Source: Leptonemataceae bacterium
GTDB lineage: Bacteria > Spirochaetota > Leptospiria > Leptospirales > Leptonemataceae
Reading direction: 5' to 3'
Assembly: GCA_965227295.1 (NCBI GenBank)
Contig: OZ245742.1
Location: 4,160,001 to 4,224,000 of the forward strand
DNA length: 64,000 nt
Numbering within the stretch: position 1 is the stretch's first letter; each line of letters starts with the position of its first letter. The notes below the pieces were generated by a model, which had not been told where the DNA came from, searched no databases, and saw nothing but the letters and a program-made list of their open reading frames with translations. Positions 28,506 to 37,046 of the stretch are shown one piece after another. A program made the position numbers and the translations under genes.

Positions 28506-30263
28506 TTAGTGCAGATCGCCGAAGAAGTGCGTCGTGCCCTCACCGAGCAATTCCCCGTCCGCCAGGGACGGAGACAGGTCCAGAGAAGACGCAAGATCGG
28601 CGTCATAAAACAGGTAGAGCGAGCCTTGCTGGGCGCCGGCGCCGGCATCACGCCGGGGGGCGGATAGAAAGAGTTCCGGATGGCGATTGCCGTTCCAGTC
28701 GCCCAGGCGCAGGTCGCTTCCGAACGAATGAGCGCTGCTTTCGCCGGTGGCAATGACCGACTCCGACTCCGGGACCGACGCCGCCCAGGAACTACGCCCG
28801 GAAAAGACATACACCCGTCCCTGGAGGGAATTGAAGCCCTGGGCAAGCAGAATCAGTTCCGGCAATCCGTCGGCGTTCAGATCGGCGACCCGCGCCCCGG
28901 CAGTGTTGGCCGCCAGGACCTCGGTATCGTTCGCCGTATCCACGGTGGAAGTGAAGCCGCCCGCGTTTCCGAAGAAGATCCGATACGAGGCATTTCCCTG
29001 AAATAAGAGATCCGTGTAGCCGTCCGCATTCAGGTCGGCCGCGCGCGGGTGCGCGCCGAACTCGTTGCCGGGGGACGTGCCCGTAAAGATCACGTCGGCG
29101 ATGGCCGCAGAACCGCTCGCCAGACCGCCCGGGCTTCCGTAGTGCACGTAGCTACGCCCGGTAAAGACGCCCGCGGGATAGCCCAGGGCGTTGGCGATGA
29201 CGTCGGCGTAACCGTCCGCGTTGACGTCCGCCACGAAGAGGTCGTCGGCCAGTTCCTCGAGCCCCGCCTCTCCCTGCACGGTCGTATCCGCACTGCTGAT
29301 ATCACCATCCGCCAGTGGAGCGGCGGAACCGTGAAAAACGAACCACCCACCCCGATCACTCAGATAACCCGAAGCACCGACGACGATGTCGGCGTAGCCG
29401 TCGCCGTTGACGTCGCCGGTGTACAGCAACTGGCCGAGCGCGGTACTCGCCGTGCCGCGCAAGGTCGCGTCGGCATCCGCCGGGCTCGTCGCGGAGATAC
29501 CGTTCGCGCTGCCGTAGTAAACGTAAATAGCCCCACTGCCCGGGGCGGGCACGGCGGCCCCGGATGCACCCACAAACAAATCCGCGTAGCCGTCGCCGTT
29601 CAGATCACCGGTATTGAAGCCGGACCCGAGACTTTCATTCGTCGCGGTACCGGTGATGATGACGTCGGCCGCGGCCGGCGAGGTGGATTCGATACGTGAA
29701 CCGTCACTGCGTCCGTAATAGAGATAGAGCCGTCCCGCATTGCTCACGCCGGAGTCGTAGGTCGTGGCAGCAACGAGCAACTCCGCGAAACCGTCTCCGT
29801 TTATATCCCGATTGCGACCGATGGTAATCGTCGTCTCGACGCTGCTTGAGGGAGCGGCATAGATCGAGTTCACCCGCACGGTGACGCGGTGTTCCGTTCC
29901 TTCTCCGTAGCCCGCCGTCGTCGGCAGACGATAGCGCCACGTCGTCGTTCCTTCGGCCGGTTGAAATTCACCGTCGTTCAATGCAACCTCTACACCCAGG
30001 ACCGGCGTGGATGCCTCCGCCGTTCCGATCAGGTACGCCGATTCCACGATGCCGGTGGTCTGCCGATTCGTGAACACGACCGCGGCTTCCGGCCGGCCCC
30101 AGAAGAATAGCGCCGCCGGATTGCAGGCAACGTCGGCCGTTGCGCAGGGAGGCTCCGCCATATCGCCGGCGCAGTGACCCGAAAAGCCGATCGCGCCGAG
30201 AACGAGGAGGAGCAGGGTTAATAGTTTATTGTTAGAAGTTAGGGAACGAAGTTGTCTCTGCAT
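28506..30263 (-). CDS. FG-GAP repeat (integrin-alpha-like beta-propeller) surface lipoprotein with Ig-like domain
   Basis: Signal ending in SGHC; repeated DxNGDGYAD motifs with GA..G..Y.Y.G segments. Confidence 0.85.
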   Translation of the reverse strand: MQRQLRSLTSNNKLLTLLLLVLGAIGFSGHCAGDMAEPPCATADVACNPAALFFWGRPEAAVVFTNRQTTGIVESAYLIGTAEASTPVLGVEVALNDGEFQPAEGTTTWRYRLPTTAGYGEGTEHRVTVRVNSIYAAPSSSVETTITIGRNRDINGDGFAELLVAATTYDSGVSNAGRLYLYYGRSDGSRIESTSPAAADVIITGTATNESLGSGFNTGDLNGDGYADLFVGASGAAVPAPGSGAIYVYYGSANGISATSPADADATLRGTASTALGQLLYTGDVNGDGYADIVVGASGYLSDRGGWFVFHGSAAPLADGDISSADTTVQGEAGLEELADDLFVADVNADGYADVIANALGYPAGVFTGRSYVHYGSPGGLASGSAAIADVIFTGTSPGNEFGAHPRAADLNADGYTDLLFQGNASYRIFFGNAGGFTSTVDTANDTEVLAANTAGARVADLNADGLPELILLAQGFNSLQGRVYVFSGRSSWAASVPESESVIATGESSAHSFGSDLRLGDWNGNRHPELFLSAPRRDAGAGAQQGSLYLFYDADLASSLDLSPSLADGELLGEGTTHFFGDLH

Positions 30264-30335
30264 GAAAAAGAATCGCTACGGATACTTTTTCACTGAGCGG
30301 AATCAATGCAAGTATGTTGCGATCTCGCGACCCGC

Positions 30336-31181
30336 TCAGCCCGGCCGGAGGGGGCTGCGGTCGGCCTTGAGCGTCGGCATGTTCAGTTCTTCGATGGCCT
30401 CTTCTACAAACTGCGCGAACTCGCGAATACCCTCGCTCACCGGCCGGCCTTCCAGGACCGTGGCGTCCTCGTACTTCGAGTTGAACTTGATGGGCTCGTT
30501 CTTGTTGGTGACGATGCCGCCGCCGCGTTCCAGGTCTTCGGTAAGCGAGCGCAGAAATTCGCGCAACTTCTTGAGCATTTCGCTGGAGTCGAAAATGAAG
30601 GCGCGGGTCTGGCGGTTCTTCATTTTCAGAAGCTGCTCGCGGAAGTCCTGCTTCTCCGCACCGGAGTACTCCTCAATGGTTTCCAGGAGGACCTTCATGT
30701 TCCGGATGACGTTTTCGAGCTGGGTCCGCAGGGAGTCGCGCTCCGAGGCCCGGGAGAAATCGAGGCGACAGTGCTGCTCGGCAATGGCCGGCCAGTACTC
30801 GTTTTGAATGGTGCGAAAGACCGTGGCGAGAAAGTTTACGTCCGGGTCCGTGCTGTGCGGGGTGGCCTTGCTCACCGGAAATTTGTCGAGCACGCGATGA
30901 CCGCTTCCGCCGCCGGAAGGCGCGGCGCTGCGGGCCGCCGGAGCCGCGGCCGCCGGGGCGCTGACTCCGAGTTCTTCAACGACCTGGTCGGCGCTCATCT
31001 TCGTGGCGTCGAGGCCGGGGACCATTTGGGTGAGGCGGGCGCGCTGTTTCGCCAGTTCCTTCTGCACCCGGGCCTTTTGCTCTTCGCTCGGAGAGGTGCG
31101 GATGATTCCCTCCATTTGTTTGAGGTACTTTACGACCTTTTCGACTTCCGCGCGTTGCTGATCGGTAAGATTGTACGCCAC
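30336..31181 (-). CDS. Hypothetical helical/coiled-coil protein
   Basis: 281-aa ORF with host-like codon usage; no recognisable motif. Confidence 0.7.
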   Translation of the reverse strand: MAYNLTDQQRAEVEKVVKYLKQMEGIIRTSPSEEQKARVQKELAKQRARLTQMVPGLDATKMSADQVVEELGVSAPAAAAPAARSAAPSGGGSGHRVLDKFPVSKATPHSTDPDVNFLATVFRTIQNEYWPAIAEQHCRLDFSRASERDSLRTQLENVIRNMKVLLETIEEYSGAEKQDFREQLLKMKNRQTRAFIFDSSEMLKKLREFLRSLTEDLERGGGIVTNKNEPIKFNSKYEDATVLEGRPVSEGIREFAQFVEEAIEELNMPTLKADRSPLRPG

Positions 31182-31252
31182 GGCGTGAAAATCAGGTGTG
31201 TACTGCTATTCAGCAAGTCTTTTTTACCACGGCCTGGCGGGCCGCCGATCGC

Positions 31253-32824
31253 TCATTCGCGGATGGAGAAACCGAATTGCTCGTTGTTCTCGGCACCCTG
31301 GATGATCAGGTCGTTGACCGTCCGACTGACCGTACCGCTCAGACGGGTGTCCGTGTTTTCGTAGAGCACGGTGGCCATCCCGAAATCCGTGCCGGGGCCG
31401 TCCGCGGTGGGGCTGCTGAAGACGATCTCGGTCAATGTCCCATCCCCGTTGAGATCCTGGCGGAGCAACGGGGCCCCGAAGCCCTCGTTTGCCTCGGCCC
31501 CCTGCACGCGCACGAAGCCCTGGGTCACCAGAAGCGTGGAACCGGAAGTGAGCGCCGCACCGGTGAAGGCGTAGGCCTCGCCCCGCCCGGTCCCCCCGCC
31601 CGCGGACTGGGCCGCCGTGATCCAGAGGTCCGGGTAATCGTCGCCGTTGATGTCCTCGCGCACGGCCAGGAGGTCACCGCTGCGATCGTTGTCGGCCTCA
31701 CCCCGGATGGTCACGTCGGCGTTCGTGCGAAACTTTGTTCCGCCGAACGGCGGAAAGTAGATGTGAGTTTCGCCGCGCTGGGTTCCTCCGCCGCCGGCCT
31801 GTACGGAACTGGCGGCGATTTCGATGAGGCCGTCGTTGTTCAGGTCCCCGTGGGCGATGAATGACGGAAAGGCCTCGTTGGAGACCGTGCCGCGGTAGAC
31901 GGCAAAGGCCTGGTCCGCTGTGATCAGGCTGCCGTTCGTGAACGGCCCGGCATACAGCCGCAGGGCGCCGGCATCGGATTGGCCGTTGGCCGTGTCGTCC
32001 TCACGGTTCGCCGCGACAATGAGATCGTTGATGCCGTCGTTGGTGATGTCGGCCACGTTCTGGCGAAACCCGAAGAAACTACCGGACACCGCTCCCTCGA
32101 ACTGTATGTTTGAGTCGGCCTCGGTGAGACTGCCGGTGCTGATGTTGCTGCTGCCGAGATAGACGTAGATCATTCCCGAGTTGGTTACGTTGGGTCCGTT
32201 GGCGCCGAAGGCTCCGACGCTCAGGTCCGCCACCGTATCGTTGTTCAGGTCGCCGATGGTCATGGAGTTGCCCAGGCTCGCGTTGTCGGTGGTGTGGGTG
32301 AGGATCATGTCCGCGTCCGAGGCCAGAAGCGTTGCCGGCCAGGAGCTCCGCCCGAAGAAGACATACACAAAGCCGCGACTCGTGCCGGCGCCGTTGGCCG
32401 TAAAGGCGCTGAAGGCGAGATCGTCCAGGCCGTCCGCGTTGATGTCTCCCACGGCCTGGATGATCCCGAACTGCCCGCTGTTCTCGACACCCGTGATTTT
32501 AACGTCGGCGGTGTCGTTCTGAATGCTTCCCGTAGCGCTGAGGGGACCGAAGTAGATGTAGATCCGCCCGCGATCGGTACCGCCGCCATCGTAACCAAAT
32601 CCACCGATCATCAGGTCTTCGTTGCCGTCGTTGTTGAAATCCGCCTTGATGGTCGGCGGCGTTTCGGGCGGGGTATAAAAGAGATAGGCGAGCCAGGCAG
32701 TACCGCAATAGGGATCCCGGGCATCGCATTCTGTTTCCACGGTCAGGCAGGCCGGCATCGTCGACAGGACAGCGCCGGCCAGGATCGCGAGAAATGTTTG
32801 GTGAATGGTATGTCCCCGATTCAT
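31253..32824 (-). CDS. FG-GAP repeat surface lipoprotein
   Basis: Signal ending in MPAC; repeated D(L/I)N(N/G)DG motifs; start moved to ATG 32824. Confidence 0.85.
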   Translation of the reverse strand: MNRGHTIHQTFLAILAGAVLSTMPACLTVETECDARDPYCGTAWLAYLFYTPPETPPTIKADFNNDGNEDLMIGGFGYDGGGTDRGRIYIYFGPLSATGSIQNDTADVKITGVENSGQFGIIQAVGDINADGLDDLAFSAFTANGAGTSRGFVYVFFGRSSWPATLLASDADMILTHTTDNASLGNSMTIGDLNNDTVADLSVGAFGANGPNVTNSGMIYVYLGSSNISTGSLTEADSNIQFEGAVSGSFFGFRQNVADITNDGINDLIVAANREDDTANGQSDAGALRLYAGPFTNGSLITADQAFAVYRGTVSNEAFPSFIAHGDLNNDGLIEIAASSVQAGGGGTQRGETHIYFPPFGGTKFRTNADVTIRGEADNDRSGDLLAVREDINGDDYPDLWITAAQSAGGGTGRGEAYAFTGAALTSGSTLLVTQGFVRVQGAEANEGFGAPLLRQDLNGDGTLTEIVFSSPTADGPGTDFGMATVLYENTDTRLSGTVSRTVNDLIIQGAENNEQFGFSIRE

Positions 32825-32959
32825 GGGACATGGTTTATCCGATCGCGTTTCTTGCCAGAAAAAACGAGGTTTGCCTCGATGCACCTGCGCCCTGCCCGGC
32901 TACTGAAACTCCGTCGCCCAAATGGTTGACCCGATCCCGCCGTCACGGCTTGTTTCCTC

Positions 32960-34633
32960 ATGCCCTCTACGTACGACTTCATCATCGTCGGCGGCGGCTC
33001 GGCCGGCTGCGTGCTGGCCAACCGTCTGTCGGCCAATGCCGATCAATCCGTGCTCATGCTCGAAGCCGGCCGCCCGGATTACTGGTGGGACCTGTTCATC
33101 CACATGCCCGCCGCGCTCACGATTCCCATCGGCAACAAACACTACGACTGGATGTACGAATCGGAGCCGGAACCGTTCATGGACGGCCGTCGCGTCTATC
33201 ACGCCCGCGGCAAGGTCCTCGGCGGTTCGTCGTCCATCAACGGCATGATCTTCCAGCGCGGCAATCCCCGGGACTTCGAAAAATGGAGTAAGTTGCCGGG
33301 CCTCGGGAACTGGGACTACGCCCACTGCCTGCCGTACTTCAAGCGCATGGAAGAGTGCACGGCCGAACGCGACGGTATTTTGGGCGGCGGCGGGCGCAGC
33401 GCAGAGTTTCGCGGCACCGACGGACCGCTGTGGCTCGAACGCGGGCCGGGTGTGAATCCGCTCTTCGCCGCGTTCTTACAGGCGGCCGAACAGGCCGGCT
33501 ACCCGCTCACCGACGACGTCAACGGTTTTCAGCAGGAGGGCTTCGCGTTGTTTGATCGGAACGTGCGCAAGGGCCGGCGGTGGTCCGCGGCGCGGGCGTA
33601 CTATCATCCTGTCAAACATCGCAAGAACTTAACGTTGCGCAGTCGTGTATTAACGTCGCGCATCATTTTCGAAGAAGGCGGTAGTCGACCCCGGGCCGTG
33701 GGTGTGGAGTTTTTTCGCGGGCGTAAACGTGAAGTCGTCTACGGAAAAGAAATCATTCTGTGCGCCGGGGCCTTCAACTCGCCGCAGTTGCTGCAACTTT
33801 CCGGCGTGGGCCCGGCCGAACATCTCAAGGCCGCCGGCGTGAACGACGTGCGCCTGGACCTGAAGGGCGTCGGTGAGAATCTGATGGACCACCTGGAAGT
33901 CTACGTACAGTACGCGTGCAAGAAGCCGGTGTCGATGAACCCGGCGCTGAAATGGTGGCGCAAACCGTTCATTGGAGCGCAGTGGTTGTTTCGTACCGGC
34001 CCGGCCGCGACGAATCACTTTGAGGCCGGCGGCTTCATCAAGAGCAATGCGAACGAGGCCTATCCGAACCTCATGTTTCACTTTTTGCCCCTGGCGATTC
34101 GCTATGACGGCTCGTCGCCGGCCGGCGGTCACGGTTACCAGGTGCACGTCGGTCCGATGTTTTCGGACGCCCGCGGCCACGTGCGCATTCAATCGACGGA
34201 TCCGCGCGTGCATCCGAAGTGTTTGTTTAATTATCTCAGTACGGAACAGGATCGTCGGGAATGGAAGGAAGCCGTGGACCGCGCCCGCGACATCCTGAAT
34301 CAGCCGGCCATGGCCGAGTTCAACGGCGGCGAGATCTCTCCGGGCCCCGGCGTAAGTTCGAACGAGGAGATCTTAGCGTGGGTTGCGAAGGACGCGGAAA
34401 CCGCGCTCCATCCTTCGGGTACCTGCAAGATGGGGACGGACGAATGGGCCGTCACCGATCCGGAAGGCCTGCGCGTGCACGGCACGGAGGGCCTGCGCGT
34501 CGTGGACGCTTCGATCATGCCGATCATTACGAACGGTAACATCTACGCGCCGACGGTTATGATGGCCGAGAAGGCCGCGGACGCGATCCTGGGGAACACG
34601 CCGCTGCCGGCGGAAGACGTGACGTGGGGCTGA
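32960..34633 (+). CDS. betA: Choline dehydrogenase (GMC oxidoreductase)
   Basis: GGGSAG, IHMPAAL, RGKVLGGSSSINGM, GENLMDHLEVY, HFLPLAIRYDG, ETALHPSGTC, NGNIYAPT. Confidence 0.92.
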   Translation: MPSTYDFIIVGGGSAGCVLANRLSANADQSVLMLEAGRPDYWWDLFIHMPAALTIPIGNKHYDWMYESEPEPFMDGRRVYHARGKVLGGSSSINGMIFQRGNPRDFEKWSKLPGLGNWDYAHCLPYFKRMEECTAERDGILGGGGRSAEFRGTDGPLWLERGPGVNPLFAAFLQAAEQAGYPLTDDVNGFQQEGFALFDRNVRKGRRWSAARAYYHPVKHRKNLTLRSRVLTSRIIFEEGGSRPRAVGVEFFRGRKREVVYGKEIILCAGAFNSPQLLQLSGVGPAEHLKAAGVNDVRLDLKGVGENLMDHLEVYVQYACKKPVSMNPALKWWRKPFIGAQWLFRTGPAATNHFEAGGFIKSNANEAYPNLMFHFLPLAIRYDGSSPAGGHGYQVHVGPMFSDARGHVRIQSTDPRVHPKCLFNYLSTEQDRREWKEAVDRARDILNQPAMAEFNGGEISPGPGVSSNEEILAWVAKDAETALHPSGTCKMGTDEWAVTDPEGLRVHGTEGLRVVDASIMPIITNGNIYAPTVMMAEKAADAILGNTPLPAEDVTWG

Positions 34634-34640
34634 CGCTCCC

Positions 34641-35246
34641 TTACTTCGGCGACTTGCGGTGAATGACCTCGGGGCCGATCTCATCGTATTCGTCCGGCGT
34701 GATCATCGTTTCGGCGAACGTGGAATCGGCCGCCATGCCGGACGTCATGGACCAACTCGTAAAGTGCGGGCTCATGAAGAATCCGGCGACACCGAAGGTT
34801 TCGAAGAACAACTGCGTGGTTGCTTCGCGGGCTTCGTCCGTACTATTCGCGGCCTCGTTTAGAACCACGGCGACCTCGTCCGGTTCTACCTGAAGTTTGC
34901 TCGATAGAATGTGTTGCACGAGCGCTTCGAAGGCGTTCCGGTCGCTGATCGTATTACCACCGGGTTCCAGGGCGTAAGTAATTTTTAATGTAGCTTTGCG
35001 TTCGAGGGCTTCGTTGCCGTAATAGGTTTTTGTACCGCCCATGCCGATCATCGGTCCCGGACTCGCGCTTGTGCCGATCACGGCCGGCATGCTGAACCGC
35101 GGCGCGGATTCGCCGGCCAGACCGGCTTCGATGTTGCCGTCTTTGAGATGCAGGACGACCGTTTGTTCGGGACCGCCGGCGGACAGAGGCAGCGCGAAAA
35201 CGGCGAGCACAATGCAGAGTAGTAATCGATACGACAGGTAATTCAT
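34641..35246 (-). CDS. Secreted truncated eukaryotic-actin-like protein (subdomains 1+2 only)
   Basis: Signal peptide, then AGLAGESAPR, MIGMG, GNEA, REATTQLFFETF, STF...ITPDEYDEIGPEVIHRK, matching actin N- and C-terminal segments. Confidence 0.85.
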   Translation of the reverse strand: MNYLSYRLLLCIVLAVFALPLSAGGPEQTVVLHLKDGNIEAGLAGESAPRFSMPAVIGTSASPGPMIGMGGTKTYYGNEALERKATLKITYALEPGGNTISDRNAFEALVQHILSSKLQVEPDEVAVVLNEAANSTDEAREATTQLFFETFGVAGFFMSPHFTSWSMTSGMAADSTFAETMITPDEYDEIGPEVIHRKSPK

Positions 35247-35303
35247 GTAAAAAATCTCCAGGCAATCTATGCAAAATTTAGACGATGATCCGCCCGATTT
35301 TGT

Positions 35304-36884
35304 TCACCCGGCCCATTCCTCGCGCTCTTGTTCCAGGGGAACAAACTCCGGTTTCAGGAAATAGGCTGAAGTAGTGTCTTCCATTAACAGGCGTAGAAAT
35401 TCACCTACGGACCGTGCAATGAACACACGGTCCTCCGGAGTCCGTTCCAGTACAACTTCGAAACCGTAATCATCTACGGCGATCCAGGCGCCGTCCTGCA
35501 TTTTGCCGAAGGCGATGCCTCGCATATCCGAATAGTCGACACCACCGTCCGTACGATGCTCCACCGTCGCCAGCGGTTCCAGATCCTGCACCGGCAAAAA
35601 CTCGAACTGCCATTGCGGGAAACGAATGCCGTCACATTTATGATACAACGCATTCAGCTCCGCGGGAACGTCGCCCAGTAAAAACGAAACGGTACCGTGC
35701 AACGCTTCGGACACCGCGCCGGCCGGCTTTGGCGGTCGCGGGCTGCCGTACAGCATCAGCTCATCGATGAATTGTAAGGCCGTGCGTACTTCGCGGACGG
35801 CCCATCCGGGCTTCGGCTTCAGGGCGAGGCCTTCCTGATGCACACCCGCGACTCCGCCCACGAATTCCATGCGTTTTGATACGAGGCGGTCCCTGTACTG
35901 AAACGGAACGAAGGAGAGGCCGGAAGGCAAAGAATCAGCGCTCAATCCCGGTCCCAGATCGTAACTTGCATCTTCCCAGTCTTCGTCCGTAACGCCCAGG
36001 ATCGGATTGGGAATCGTAAACCGTCCGGTAACATAGTTGCGCACATACGGAAAGAGATGCGCGATCCAACCGTTCATCAACTCTTCGCCGTAAGCATCCC
36101 TGAGTTTGTAGATGCGTCGCCAGTGGTCCAGGTCAATGTCACCGGAACGCGCGCGCACAAACTGATCGCACACCGGAACCAGATACTCCAGCCACCATGC
36201 ACAGTCATAATCGTGCAGGTACTCCACTTTGGCTCGCAAACGTTGCCAGTCGGCCGGAGTACCTTCCAGTGTGATTTCCGGAATACCGCAGACACAAACA
36301 GAGCGATAGTTGTAAAACGGCTGAAAGACATCCATCATGACCAGGCGACTGACCAAAAGCTCCAGCGGGCCGGAGGTACTGAAGTCGGCCTCCAGCCATT
36401 GAAAAGACTTCGGAGCGCGCGCCTCGATTTCCTCTGCAAACATGGGAAACATAAGCTGCCAGGGATTTTCCGGAGCGCCGTCGACAAAACCTTCGACTTC
36501 GATCGTAATGTCTTTCGTGCCTTCATGTGAGACCAGGCGATCTCGCAGATGCTCCGCATGATTGTGCACGTGATTTGCCAGGCCCTGGGCGATCGTAATC
36601 CAGATCGCATCCGGCGTGAGAATGAGCGGGCGATGCTCGCTGAAGGCAAGATGCACGGCACCGACTAATGGATGACCGGGCGCTCGCACCACGTTATCGG
36701 TATAACTGTAACATGCCTCCAGGGGAGCCGCTTCCTCTTCCGGATAGCTGTACGGCCCGTGATCCACACTGTCGATGGTGCCGGCCATGTAGTCGTAGAT
36801 CTTGCACTCGGGCAGCGGCTCTCGCGCCGGTTCAACATCGTCCACCGGAAACGTGATGTATTGTTCGTTCTTGCGTATGTTCAT
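35304..36884 (-). CDS. DUF4419 domain protein with possible C-terminal SMI1/KNR4-like domain
   Basis: AFSEHRPLILTPDAIWITIAQG, DFSTS, CGIPEITLEGTPADW, GWIAHLFP; C-terminal VPAELNALY...DG and IARSVGEFL. Confidence 0.75.
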   Translation of the reverse strand: MNIRKNEQYITFPVDDVEPAREPLPECKIYDYMAGTIDSVDHGPYSYPEEEAAPLEACYSYTDNVVRAPGHPLVGAVHLAFSEHRPLILTPDAIWITIAQGLANHVHNHAEHLRDRLVSHEGTKDITIEVEGFVDGAPENPWQLMFPMFAEEIEARAPKSFQWLEADFSTSGPLELLVSRLVMMDVFQPFYNYRSVCVCGIPEITLEGTPADWQRLRAKVEYLHDYDCAWWLEYLVPVCDQFVRARSGDIDLDHWRRIYKLRDAYGEELMNGWIAHLFPYVRNYVTGRFTIPNPILGVTDEDWEDASYDLGPGLSADSLPSGLSFVPFQYRDRLVSKRMEFVGGVAGVHQEGLALKPKPGWAVREVRTALQFIDELMLYGSPRPPKPAGAVSEALHGTVSFLLGDVPAELNALYHKCDGIRFPQWQFEFLPVQDLEPLATVEHRTDGGVDYSDMRGIAFGKMQDGAWIAVDDYGFEVVLERTPEDRVFIARSVGEFLRLLMEDTTSAYFLKPEFVPLEQEREEWAG

Positions 36885-37046
36885 GATAGAGGACGGATCA
36901 GCGACGATGGCAGTCTTCCGATTCGCTGTCCATCTAAATCATCCGGCGGGAACGTCCTTGCTCTTTTCGTGATGACCGGGAAAACTCGCCGTTATGCATC
37001 GCATCTTACTTGTTTTAAGTATGCTTTTTTGAGTGACGGAGCCGGA

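Noticed and set aside
34641..35246. MreB/ParM/FtsA-type bacterial actin or a simple pseudogene fragment
   Set aside because: D-loop and C-terminal EYDExGP..HRK motifs are eukaryotic-type; the signal peptide and clean subdomain deletion in an intact ORF argue against random decay
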